Of a stretch of 64,000 nucleotides of DNA, positions 21,501-32,905 are shown piece after piece. The translations under genes were made by a program, and so were the position numbers. Positions within the stretch are counted from its first letter, which is position 1, and each line of letters starts with the position of its first letter. The stretch lies in the IMG/VR virus record IMGVR_UViG_3300034355_000809; one strand, 5' to 3'. This DNA comes from a virus. The notes under the pieces are model-generated. The model saw only the letters and a list, made by a program, of their open reading frames with translations. It was not told the DNA's origin and did no database searches.

Positions 21501-24500
21501 AGGTGGCACTATTTCTACCACTACTACTGCCACAGTTGTTGACACTACGCCAACTGCAACGAACGCAGTTACAGGTTCAAAATCACTAACTAGAATAGCC
21601 GACTACGCAACTTGGAGTCAAACAGGAAGCAATTCTTATGGTAGCGGTTCACAAACAAGAGGATTTCAGTTAGATGTAAGACCACCAGCATCTGAGTATG
21701 AATCTATAAAACAAATGATTAGAACTGGTTTTGGTGCCTTCTATACTACTTTAGTAGCTAATTGGAGTAAGCTATATTGGTTTGCACCTGTGGTGGCATC
21801 ATCTACAGACAAGGGCGGTGTTGTAAGTTTAGAAGAAAAATTCAATCTTTTTGAAAACCAATATTTAAATGAAAAAAATAGTCTTCCATATACTACTAAT
21901 GCCAAGAAGTCCACAGATCAAACATTAGCATTGCGCGCTATATATGCTTCGGACAGCGCTATTGTAACAGTTCACGGCAAAGCAGTAAATATTGCTACGA
22001 CATTCAATCTTCCAGCTGGCACAACTGGTAAGCAATTTTACACAAAGGTAATAGAAAGATTTACTAATCAGTGGGCTATCTTTAACCCAGTATTTACTAT
22101 AACGGAAAATGTTCCCAACTATGTTCCACAGTCTGCAGCTGCAGCTGCACCACCCCAAAAAGAAGTAACTCAGGAAGTGGTGACCCAAACTGGTGGCTCT
22201 AACACATACATGAAATATATACAATACACCTTACAACAGATGGGGTACAGTATAAAGCTTACTGGAACATTTGATGCCGCTACTAAAGCTGCTGTTACAC
22301 AATTCCAGCATGATAAAAAATTAAATCCAAACAGAAACTACGGAGTTGTTGACTCTGAAACTAAATCAGTATTCGCAACGTACTGGCTCAATCTAGCAAA
22401 GAATAATACTGCAAAATTTGACCAACAAAGAAAAGATGCGTTCAAATATCAGATAGTCAGATTCATAGATGCAGCTATTCAATATTCGGACATATCTAAT
22501 ATATGCAATCCATCAACTTCAAGTGACTATAGAAGAATCAGTTATACCGGAATACCAGGGCCAACGGCCATAGAAGACTCCATATACATAGAAGTCCCAC
22601 AGGTCCCAGATGCCAAGACGGGTCAACCGATGGCTTGGCAAGAATTAAATAGCATAAAGATACAGGCAGGATCATGGCCAGTTATTATCAAAGATATTTC
22701 GCTTTATACTACAGACCTGGTATCATCCACATTTACAGCTCCTGGACCAGCAGCTGGAGACATGTTTTTCCAGCTTGGTTCAGGCGAACTGCTAGGCTCT
22801 AACCAATCAAAAGAAATCTCTTTAAATGGCAAAAGAGGAATTAGGTATGTAAGAGTGCATGTTGTTGGCCAAAAAATAAACTTACCAGGAACAACTTTTG
22901 CAGAAGGTTTTTCTATAGCTGATGTTAAATTTAGTGTTACTACACCAACACTAGGCAAAGGCGCGACAGAAGATACTTCTGGATTGTTTGGTGTCAACGC
23001 AGATGCCGTTGGAAGAGGCATAATGCTTGGGACAACTACAGTTAACTCTGGAGATTTTGGCGTATTTAAATTAGGCACGATTGCTGATGCAATTGGGTAC
23101 CCAAATTCAACCATAGATCTTGTGCAATTAACAAATATAGACATAGATGTAGTTGCCATGGACGAAGATGGAAATCCTAAATTAGATCTTGATGGCAATT
23201 TGGTTACAAATAATTATAACTTTACTCCAGATAACGAAACTCTATACTCATCTGGGGATTGGAATTCTCTCGATGAGATAGACTTTAGTGTAGACGAATT
23301 AAATTTTGCAGTTGAATCAATAAGTGGCTCTACTGTTATGGGCGGGGTGTCTCCATTTATATATGGTGTAAATAAAAAATCAGCAACTGCATCAACAGCT
23401 CTTTCAGCACTAGAAATTTCTCAACAATTTGAAGTACTAAACAACAGAGCTCCTATTTATCAAATTACTACTACTAATGGAGTTGAAATAATTTCAAAAG
23501 AATACTCACTAGAGTATGACGTAAATAACTTCTATCTAGCAGACGCTGATGTAAATTCAGTTTTACAAAAGCAAAATATCAAAAAGTCCGTGAACGCAAA
23601 AGACGGAGCAGTAATACTACTCAATCAGGACAATACTGCCTCTGGGTTTCCCGACTATAGCACATTCGATCAACCAAACTTAGATGTTTCCTTTGGAACT
23701 ACAATATTAAAATGGAACCTAAAAGACTCCAATGGTATCGCAATGCCGGCACCAGAGGGCTTACAGTGGGGCTTTTACAATATAAGAACTAAAGAATTCT
23801 TAGGTAAGAAAATTGATTACCAGTACTTGGCTTCTAATAAGAGGGATGTTTTCATTGGAGTTCTTGCGTTCGACGCTGACGGGGATGCAAAGTCAACTGA
23901 TAATATACTTGGTATAGACAACAGAGTTGGGACTCTTGCGGAGTTCCAATTCCCAGCAAAATCAATTTGCCCGCTTTATTCAGTTAGGGTGAGCGACAGA
24001 GCAAAGATCGCCGTATCTAACCCTCCAGCTTACCTATCCAAATTTGACACGTGGTTTGTCAACGTAAGCAGGGGAAGATTCTACAAGCAAATAGAAATTC
24101 CAGTTAATTATAACTTTATAGATTGGGTAAAAAACTACAAAGGCGTAACACTCAGATGTTTCTATGACACAACTAGAATACCGATTCCTTCGTCTGGGTT
24201 ATTTGGCTCTGGTTATTATGATATTTTTGAAGAAAACCCTATAGTTATTTCTCAAAATGAAATTCAACTCAGACATGGTTCGGTACATGTTGCTCAAGAA
24301 CAGTTGGATAAGCTAAATTCATCTGGACAATATACAGATGCTAGTCCAATCCAGCCATGGATTGAAATTCTTATTCAAGATTCAAATCTTAATTGGAATA
24401 AAATTTCTTTAAACCAGATAAGAAACTTTAATAAGCACAATGGAACCATTTCTTTTGCCAATGAAATAGTTCCGTCTAATGAAAGTAAGATTAAAGTATC

Positions 24501-25137
24501 TTATACAGTAAAAAATCCAAATATCATGATGTATCATGTTGATGGTCTGGAAATACCCCTAAACCCATATAGTCTTATAGCAGGTAACACCTATAATTAC
24601 TCTGGCCAAGAGGTAACTATCCAACCAATTATTAACCCAAGTGGAGCACCAATATACTTTTATATACTACCCTTAGAGGTAGAGGAGCTTGTGGGCGGGG
24701 AATATATAACGGTTTCTGATTATTCACTGCATGGTTCTCCAGTCCGATTTACCACCAACTATTCGATGTTCTCAACATCTTCATTAAATTACGATCCATT
24801 TGCTATACATATAGGAACCGCCATAGTTAATGACAAGTACAATATGGATAACGTAAATCTATTAGATCTCAGAGTAAAGGGTGGTGGAATTTCCGCCAAC
24901 TCTAACATGCAAAGTGTAATAGAAGATAATTCTAATGTACTATCATTTAGTGACATACACTCAGGGAAGGGCCATCTGTATGCTAACGGTGGCTATGTTA
25001 TAGTTAAAATTCCTAAAGAAGTTAAAGATAACTTTACTTCTAAAGACCAAGTATATGCTATAGTTAGAGCTAACCTAACTGCTGGTGTCGCATTTGATAT
25101 TCAGGATATGGATGGAAATGATTGGAGAACAATTTAA
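18561..25137 (+). CDS. Large virion structural protein (~2191 aa) with internal peptidoglycan-binding domain; needs a +1 frameshift at CGG 18654-18656
   Basis: ATG 18561 with GAGGA SD lies 2 nt after the upstream stop. Frame 0 stops at 18663, and the +1 frame opens after TAA 18646-48 and runs to 25137. PG-binding motif YIQYTLQQMGY...GTFDAATKAAVTQFQ...GVVD. Confidence 0.65.
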
Positions 25138-27810
25138 ATGTTGCCTAAACTAAGCAATTATGTCTCCTCTTTTAGTAGGCAAACGCGCAGAACTGTAAAT
25201 GAAGTCCTTGCTGAATCCAGTCTTGAGAAAGCTGAAATAGGAAAGCTAGTAGCTAAAATAACATCCTTTAGCTCCGCAGCGGATTACATACCGTCCTATG
25301 TGTCAATGCTTTCTCCTATGCAAAGAGAGCCATTGGTAGATCTATTTAGGGATATGGACTTAAGAATTCAAACAGATTTTGATATATCAAATTCACTTGG
25401 ATTATTGCGCTCTTCAATGTCTTCTATATTCTCTGGAGAAATAGAGAAACTAGAAAAAGATGTGGCATATTTAGAATCTTTCATTAGGAACTGGACATTC
25501 CTTTCCGGAGAAGACGATTTATATAATTCTTCTTTTATAGAAAATTTTGATAATGATCAACACTCCCACATCTACGACAAATCAAGCTATAAAATACCAG
25601 ACAGAAATGGAAATCAATTCAGAGTTAGCGAATATGCTACAGTAGATTCAGTAACTGATTCATTAAAATTTTCTAATTCATATGAAAGATCTTTGGTCAA
25701 CATAGAAAAAGAAGATATTAAAGAAATAAAGTACTATACAAATTTCTCTACAGAGTACATAACAAGTGACACTGGAATTAATAATTTATTAAATAATTCA
25801 TCTTCAAACACCTGGAACTTAACAGTTAAATCACCTTTAATAATTAAAGAATCTATTTTTGAAAGAGAAGAATTTGCAAGATATCAAAATGGAATTAATT
25901 TAACAGCTTCAGCACAGGTTGCTATAGAGATTACCTTTAACAAGCAAATCAAAGCATCGCGCATTAGGCTTACGCCCAATGTTTCTGCTGGACTTTTTGT
26001 TACTCAAATTGTTATCGAATCAGGTTCTAGTCAATCTGAAATAGAAACAACACAATATCTTGGTAAAACTACAGTTCTTTCAGATCCCATATACATTAAC
26101 AAAGGTGTCGACATAGAGCTGCCATCAGCTGGTTATATAAAGTCCATGATAATATTCCTTTCGCAAAAGGAATATATTAGAACAAAAATAGCACCTATTC
26201 AATCTGAATCAAATTTTAAACTAATAAATAAAATAGCTTCAGCTATAAGAATAGAAAGAAAAAGTAACCATGACAAATTACAAGACATGGTAATTAAATA
26301 CTTTATTAAAGATAACGCCAGAGATTATATTATTAGAAATAAAAAATTATATAATTATGATTATACAAATTATTATCCAAATGATCTTTCAAAGAAAAGT
26401 GTTGGCGTATTAAAAGAGTTAAAAACAAATAATTATTATTCTGATATAGAATCATTTAATAAATTCAGAAATACATCTTTATTATCTAATATAGTTTTTT
26501 CTATTATTTCTCATTCTATTGGATCAAAAATAAGAGCGTTAACTAGCAGCACATACATAGAATCAAACTTAAGACAATCTACCAAGAGTGTTTCTTCCTA
26601 TAGATCTGGTGGCATGGTGCCACTTAATGACTCTAACAATATAGAAAATAATCTTCAATTTTTAGAAGAAAAACCAAGTGCGTTTAATCAAGAAGATGCT
26701 GTAAAACTTTTGGGTAATATTGAAGAGCTAGGCTTGTACGAGTATATGTTTTCGCTTAAGAGCATTAGCATTTTTGCTGTAAATGAAAATGAAGTTTCAA
26801 CTCAAATTGTTACAGTCGGGAATAGATCTGTTTTTATGAGTAAGAAAATTCCAACTGGAGGACTGCCACTTAGAGTGAAACTCTTGGCTGAGTATTTTAA
26901 TGAGCTTTCAAGGAAGGGGAGCGGCCCAGCATCTGATTCTACTTCAGTTGAATTCAGCGTATCCGTTAAGGATAATCCTGTCCTAGAAGAAGACTGGATG
27001 CCCATAATCCCATTTAATGATACTTCAATAAGAAGCGAATTGCTGATACCGGACAGTTCTGGTGTCGCTGCATTAAGATTTTTACCGAACCAAGAATCAG
27101 TTATTCTATATGAAAACCAAGTAAGAAGAGATTATTCCACCTATACAATTAACGGCAAACAAATAACGATACTTGATTATCGTTCTAATAGAACATATTT
27201 TGTTTCTTATACTCCATCAAATATTGATTTACACAAAGAAATACAACTCTTCTCAAGATCGATGTCCAACCCAGTGCTGATCACTTCAAGTAGCAATGGT
27301 TTCAACGGTGAAAGATTTGAGTCTACAGAGGTAAATAATTCAGTAGTTATTTCGCACAGTCCTTATGTAGATAGGACAAAATTTATTAATGCCACTTATT
27401 CGGAAATAAATGGGACCATTACTACTAGTAGAAGTTCTTCTGGCAACTTTGATTACTCATCATATTCTCCATTAAAAATTCTTTTCGAAGATGGAACTAG
27501 TGCAATAAATTTAACAAATTATTTACTAGACGATTACAGACCAGAAAGTTTCTATAACACTTCAGCAATCTTATATATGCACGACGGCAAAACGGTAATT
27601 TTTAACCAAAAAATAACTAAACCCTTTAGAGTTCTGTATCAGTATGTTGCTGATATTTTTAGGTATAGAATTATAATGAGAAATCTTATTCTAAATTTTG
27701 AAAACTATTCTATTGATAGACTATTGTTTAAATTTTCGATGGACAAAGACAACGTAATTGTAAATAATTTTACAAAGTACGATAACAAATATAAAAATAT
27801 TATAATGTAA
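25138..27810 (+). CDS. Virion structural protein (890 aa)
   Basis: Long ORF abutting the previous gene, with an N-terminal helical part followed by a beta-rich region. Confidence 0.55.
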   Translation: MLPKLSNYVSSFSRQTRRTVNEVLAESSLEKAEIGKLVAKITSFSSAADYIPSYVSMLSPMQREPLVDLFRDMDLRIQTDFDISNSLGLLRSSMSSIFSGEIEKLEKDVAYLESFIRNWTFLSGEDDLYNSSFIENFDNDQHSHIYDKSSYKIPDRNGNQFRVSEYATVDSVTDSLKFSNSYERSLVNIEKEDIKEIKYYTNFSTEYITSDTGINNLLNNSSSNTWNLTVKSPLIIKESIFEREEFARYQNGINLTASAQVAIEITFNKQIKASRIRLTPNVSAGLFVTQIVIESGSSQSEIETTQYLGKTTVLSDPIYINKGVDIELPSAGYIKSMIIFLSQKEYIRTKIAPIQSESNFKLINKIASAIRIERKSNHDKLQDMVIKYFIKDNARDYIIRNKKLYNYDYTNYYPNDLSKKSVGVLKELKTNNYYSDIESFNKFRNTSLLSNIVFSIISHSIGSKIRALTSSTYIESNLRQSTKSVSSYRSGGMVPLNDSNNIENNLQFLEEKPSAFNQEDAVKLLGNIEELGLYEYMFSLKSISIFAVNENEVSTQIVTVGNRSVFMSKKIPTGGLPLRVKLLAEYFNELSRKGSGPASDSTSVEFSVSVKDNPVLEEDWMPIIPFNDTSIRSELLIPDSSGVAALRFLPNQESVILYENQVRRDYSTYTINGKQITILDYRSNRTYFVSYTPSNIDLHKEIQLFSRSMSNPVLITSSSNGFNGERFESTEVNNSVVISHSPYVDRTKFINATYSEINGTITTSRSSSGNFDYSSYSPLKILFEDGTSAINLTNYLLDDYRPESFYNTSAILYMHDGKTVIFNQKITKPFRVLYQYVADIFRYRIIMRNLILNFENYSIDRLLFKFSMDKDNVIVNNFTKYDNKYKNIIM

Positions 27811-27818
27811 GGTTTATT

Positions 27819-30242
27819 ATGGCACAACTATCAACAGACACTCTAGTTTATTCTCAAATAATAGCCAAGGTACAAAAATTTATCAATGACTATATGCAAG
27901 AAAAAAACATATCTCCAAAAGATTTTGATAAAGCATATCAAGAATTATTATTTGATATACATAACAGAATAGGAGGATCTTCAACAGACCTCCATCTCCT
28001 GAATAAGGGGGACGCCCCGACATCTTCTGTATTTAATCAAATGATTTCTGCAATAAGCAAAGATTTAAATATGGTAACAAATCAACTTGATTCAGTATCT
28101 GCAAATTATATAAATACTTTTAATATATTCTCTAATCAAATAGAGGCTGAAAAAAATTTCATATCAAGAATAAAATCTAAAATAAATGTATTAGAGATGT
28201 ACTCAGGAAGTTCTTCTGTTGACATAACTTACCTTGGAGATTCTTTTACTGACCTATCATACGTTGACTCTAGGGCTATTAGAACGGGACTAGTTCCAGA
28301 TATAACTGACGGTTATGCGACTCTGGCAAAAAGTTATTCTAAAAAATGGAACAGTAGTCCAGCTACAATTAACCAAAACTACAACGATTCTGTAAATAAA
28401 GATGTATCTTTTGTGTCGTACTCCAATGGGTTAAAGGGTAACCACTTCTTATATCACAGAGATGCAGATACAAATGCATTCTTATATGAAAAAGATTCAG
28501 CTTTATTGAGATCAACTGAATCTGCTATTGTGGATGGCAGCCCAGCTACCTATTTTGAATACGAAGCAATAAATGTTTTAGCTGAAGGCTTATCCTCAAG
28601 TGGCAAATCCAAACCTTCATATGAATTTGAGTACTTTGATGGAATAAAGTACATCAACTGGGCTAAATTTGATGTGACTAAACCACTTAGGTTAACATTG
28701 CAGTTTACATCACAGTCTAAAACTGGCGACTACATTAATCATATATCTATAGTTCCATTTTTTGGTTATGATATTGAAGGCACAAATGCTTTGATTAAAA
28801 ATATTAAAGTTACTTCTATTAAATTATATGATGAAACTAAAAATATTACATATGAGCTAATCAATAATGGGCCAGTTTATATAGCTTCTGATGTTTCAAC
28901 TAAGAATATAGATAATTATAAACAGTTTTTTTATAACAAAGGTGTTTTTAGGTTTGATGAAAGAAAAGTAAACAAAATTTATATCACTTTTGAACAGTCT
29001 CAGTTTAATGATACAACTATAAAACACGCTTATTGGACTCCATACGAAATAGGAAAAGATACTAAGTGGAATAATCAAGTCAGATTTGAGCCAGAGGCCA
29101 TCCTTTCAAGCAAAAACCAAACAATAGCCTGGGATAAGAATGCTCTAATCCCAAATATAAATAAGCCAGAAGAATTTAAATCAAGCTCACCTGGCCTTAA
29201 GCAGGTAGCAGTTAATTACGCAACCCAAGTAGCTGGCCAAACAAAGTATCAACTGAAGATCACTTCCGGAAGTAATACGTATTACTGGAGTAAACGAGAT
29301 CCAGAAACAGGTGCTGACTTGTTTACCATAAAACAATTCGCACCTGTATTCCCTACGAAAGAGGGACTCGACGCAACGTTGTCTAGGATAACACAAAGCG
29401 TTATACCAGCCGCATGTGTGCTAGTGGATGGTGCTCAGGTCAACCCAATGCCTAACCTTAAAATTAAAATGAAAACCATATCTGCAGTCACAGGAACTGC
29501 AACAATAACAACTTTAGCAAATCATAATTTAAACATTGGTAATAAAGTTTATATCAAAGATAGATGGGGTAGCATTGATATATACGGTATCTTTACAGTG
29601 TCGGCTACACCAAGCTCTGTACAATTCTCTGTGACAACAAGTCTTTCTGGTACAATAGCTTCCACAGACATAGAGCAAAATTTTGGCTCTTGTTACAAGG
29701 TCATAGACAATCCAACAACTAGTAATATGGCCATAGAAACATATTCGGATATGGTAAATAAAACTGAAAAGATTGTTTTAAATCTAAAGAGAAATTTTGA
29801 ATACTTGAAAGCCCAAAGAGCAAGCATAGGCATTAGGGATATATCTTTTGGAAAAGAAACTTTTCAAGATACAGCTGAGATTATTTCAAAGCCATTCTTC
29901 ATTCAAGGCCAGTTAGACATGATGAGCCTTGAAGCTGCAGATGAAACTCCACAATCAGATTCTGGAAAATCACATATCAAATATTACGTAAGTGTTGACG
30001 GTGGTTTAAAGTGGATACAAATTTCTCCAGTTGAAAGAAATTTTTCAGGAATTCCAGAAATACTAGCGTTTAACCAGAACTTAAACAATGACAACACACT
30101 ACCACAAATAGCATACTTCAATGAGCCCGAAGTGCCGAACCCAATCAACACCGTAATAGTAAAAATAATAATGCAAAAGGACAGATCCTTAAACAATACA
30201 CCTATAGTTTACTACTATAAACTTGGAATTAGGACTAGATAA
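27819..30242 (+). CDS. Virion structural protein (807 aa)
   Basis: Long ORF whose C-terminal IKYYVSVDGG..W..ISP...TPIVYYYKL resembles its neighbours. Confidence 0.55.
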   Translation: MAQLSTDTLVYSQIIAKVQKFINDYMQEKNISPKDFDKAYQELLFDIHNRIGGSSTDLHLLNKGDAPTSSVFNQMISAISKDLNMVTNQLDSVSANYINTFNIFSNQIEAEKNFISRIKSKINVLEMYSGSSSVDITYLGDSFTDLSYVDSRAIRTGLVPDITDGYATLAKSYSKKWNSSPATINQNYNDSVNKDVSFVSYSNGLKGNHFLYHRDADTNAFLYEKDSALLRSTESAIVDGSPATYFEYEAINVLAEGLSSSGKSKPSYEFEYFDGIKYINWAKFDVTKPLRLTLQFTSQSKTGDYINHISIVPFFGYDIEGTNALIKNIKVTSIKLYDETKNITYELINNGPVYIASDVSTKNIDNYKQFFYNKGVFRFDERKVNKIYITFEQSQFNDTTIKHAYWTPYEIGKDTKWNNQVRFEPEAILSSKNQTIAWDKNALIPNINKPEEFKSSSPGLKQVAVNYATQVAGQTKYQLKITSGSNTYYWSKRDPETGADLFTIKQFAPVFPTKEGLDATLSRITQSVIPAACVLVDGAQVNPMPNLKIKMKTISAVTGTATITTLANHNLNIGNKVYIKDRWGSIDIYGIFTVSATPSSVQFSVTTSLSGTIASTDIEQNFGSCYKVIDNPTTSNMAIETYSDMVNKTEKIVLNLKRNFEYLKAQRASIGIRDISFGKETFQDTAEIISKPFFIQGQLDMMSLEAADETPQSDSGKSHIKYYVSVDGGLKWIQISPVERNFSGIPEILAFNQNLNNDNTLPQIAYFNEPEVPNPINTVIVKIIMQKDRSLNNTPIVYYYKLGIRTR

Positions 30243-30243
30243 T

Positions 30244-32451
30244 ATGACTATAGAAAATATACAAAAGCAAAGATTTTTAGATACAATATATAAGATATAT
30301 TACTCTTTAGGATCTGAACCCAGCGCAAATGAAATATCTTCGATATATGGCAGGTATTTCTCTAGGTTTAGACCAGGTCTCCCAATACCCGTTCCTTATC
30401 AAGACTTGAATTCTTCAGCTATTATTGATCATGAAAAAATAAACAGAATATTAGCCCATACCGCTTACAATGTGGATGTTTTATATGATTCTTTTTATGA
30501 GGAAATAGAGCAACTGTATGCAGTTACTTCAGCTTTTAAGTTCAGAATGGATAATCTAAAAGCAAAAAGAGCTGAATTAGAAAAAACTGTTGACGATTAT
30601 CTATTTGCAATCAATAATACAAATGGCTATTACTTTAGCCATACAAACGCATTCAACAATACCAACCTAACAGACCTAAACAACACAACAGCTGTTGTTG
30701 ATACGACTGCAAGAAAGTTAACTTTGCCAAAAATAACTTCAGGATTGTTTAACTATGTTGGCAACATACTGAACAAGACAAGTAATGCAAGTATGGAGTT
30801 ATACGTTGACGGGAAATTGATTAAGAGTGAATCAAGTATTGATTTTACTAATGTATTTAATGGCTTAAACAACTACGATTGGGAATACTCTTATGAGTCA
30901 CCAACAATCGGTGTATGCACTTTGAAGATAATTATTCCTATCACAGTAAGTGGATCAACAGCTTCAGGGATATCTTTAGTAGAGGGTAAGATTAATTCAC
31001 AAAAGCCATTAGAAGTTTCTGCACTAATAGTTAATTCAACTGACAGAAGCAAGTCTTTATTCTTCTCCAAAGATAGTTCTGGTGACTATGATAACTTTTC
31101 ATTTAGCTTTGGGACAACCTCTGCATCAGCAGTAGAACTATATTTAACCAAAGTTGAGCCAGACTACACTAATAATTTTAATGATACAGTAAAGTATATG
31201 TATAATTTTACAATAGACGAATTAATAATTACAGCCCCATACTACGATGCCTCGGCAATGTTTGTTAGCCAAAGAATAACAATGCCTACGCTGCAGAATC
31301 CTAACTTAGCTATTGATGAAGTATCTTTTGATACAGTGCAACAGGTGCCGGCCGGATCCGCCATAAATTATTATATTGCAGCAGACGACGGAACTACAAA
31401 TTCTGTAAGTGATTTTAGTTGGATAGCTATATCTCCAGCATCCTTAAAAAATGCTAGCAATAATAGTGTGGTTAAATTTGGTGGGGTTTCAAGAAAAGAA
31501 GCGACGATTGTAAACCAAACTGGGACTTCTTTAGAATCATCTATGACCGAAATGGTTAAAATACCAAGAACAACAACCTATCAAAACCCTATACTAAACT
31601 ATTTCTACGCAAACGATCCTGCAAATATAGGTTTTAATTTGTATAGATTAGCAAAATTCCAAAGAAACATTAAACCATACGAAGTATACATGTTAGAAAA
31701 TGTAGATAGAGATCAAATTTCAGCATCCATAGTCAGTGGTACTTCATTGGATAGAACTGCATGGCAACAAGTTTTGTCTGGAGCTAGAAAAGATATTATT
31801 CCAACAAAAGTTTCATACAGTGTAAACAACAGTGAAGTATTTTATCAGGCACAAAATGTTGCCTACGGCAGCATATATCTAACCACAAATATATTTCTAG
31901 ATGAATCATTAGTTTTAACTAAAAACTTTGTCAAGTCATTGTCTGCCCAATATTGGGATATAAATATTTATCTAAATGGCGTTGAGCTGACTGGTAGTGG
32001 TTCACTTTCCCCAGGCGTGTTGACTTCGTCACTTACCTGGAACCTTAAGGCTGGACAAAACTCTATTGTTATGATTATAAATAAATCAACTAATGATACC
32101 TCTGGAGTAGAAACAACCTTTAATGGATCGATCTCCCTAATGGAAGGGATGTCCCTTGCTGACATACCAAATAGTGAAATATATAAAAACTATTTATCAT
32201 ATGTTAAGATTGAAGATTTAAGAAATAGATATTCTAATATAGACAATGTATTTTCAATAATAAATTGGGAAAATAATACTGAAATAGTCTATAGAAGAAC
32301 AGAAGAAATAAAGACTGGAAGTAAGGTATACTATTTATTAAATGATTCCACTAAGCCAAATGGGGTCAGAGTTAGAGCAGACTTGCTCAGAGGCAACGAT
32401 TCGTATACGGCACCTTCGTTAATATCATATACTTTAAAGTTTAAGAACTAG
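30244..32451 (+). CDS. Virion structural protein (~735 aa)
   Basis: ATG 30244 follows the upstream stop. INYYIAAD...WIAISP and APSLISYTLKF are similar to the previous gene. Confidence 0.55.
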   Translation: MTIENIQKQRFLDTIYKIYYSLGSEPSANEISSIYGRYFSRFRPGLPIPVPYQDLNSSAIIDHEKINRILAHTAYNVDVLYDSFYEEIEQLYAVTSAFKFRMDNLKAKRAELEKTVDDYLFAINNTNGYYFSHTNAFNNTNLTDLNNTTAVVDTTARKLTLPKITSGLFNYVGNILNKTSNASMELYVDGKLIKSESSIDFTNVFNGLNNYDWEYSYESPTIGVCTLKIIIPITVSGSTASGISLVEGKINSQKPLEVSALIVNSTDRSKSLFFSKDSSGDYDNFSFSFGTTSASAVELYLTKVEPDYTNNFNDTVKYMYNFTIDELIITAPYYDASAMFVSQRITMPTLQNPNLAIDEVSFDTVQQVPAGSAINYYIAADDGTTNSVSDFSWIAISPASLKNASNNSVVKFGGVSRKEATIVNQTGTSLESSMTEMVKIPRTTTYQNPILNYFYANDPANIGFNLYRLAKFQRNIKPYEVYMLENVDRDQISASIVSGTSLDRTAWQQVLSGARKDIIPTKVSYSVNNSEVFYQAQNVAYGSIYLTTNIFLDESLVLTKNFVKSLSAQYWDINIYLNGVELTGSGSLSPGVLTSSLTWNLKAGQNSIVMIINKSTNDTSGVETTFNGSISLMEGMSLADIPNSEIYKNYLSYVKIEDLRNRYSNIDNVFSIINWENNTEIVYRRTEEIKTGSKVYYLLNDSTKPNGVRVRADLLRGNDSYTAPSLISYTLKFKN

Positions 32452-32458
32452 GATTATC

Positions 32459-32896
32459 ATGGCTATATCGTATTCAGAAAGTAACAAAAGAACAAATACT
32501 TTTGAACCCCTGGTTTCTAGGGTCAGACTTCCCTATAAAGGTCCTGTGAGGTCAAGTATATTTAATCTTTTCAATGACCAACTCTTAATGGATATACATA
32601 GACTAAACGATAAAACTTCTGAGTTAGAGGCTTTAATAACTACTTTATCAGACATGTCTAGGAATGATCTCAATCAGGCAACTCCTGATTACTATTTAAA
32701 TGAAGATTTGTTGATGACGATTTACAGCCAGGAGATTTCTTACAATTCAGTATCTCAAGAATACGAAGTGTCAATGGCTACCCCTTACTACAATGATTCT
32801 TTGTCATTTGACAAAGCTCAAAAGAATGCTTCAACAATAAGTTTTTTAAATAGAAAATTAGACTTAATTGAAGAAGCTTTGAGAAAAGAACAATAG
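32459..32896 (+). CDS. Small structural protein (145 aa)
   Basis: AGGA SD. Shares the YxGPxxSxxFN motif with the next gene and has two ATP motifs. Confidence 0.5.
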   Translation: MAISYSESNKRTNTFEPLVSRVRLPYKGPVRSSIFNLFNDQLLMDIHRLNDKTSELEALITTLSDMSRNDLNQATPDYYLNEDLLMTIYSQEISYNSVSQEYEVSMATPYYNDSLSFDKAQKNASTISFLNRKLDLIEEALRKEQ

Positions 32897-32905
32897 GAGA
32901 TTTAA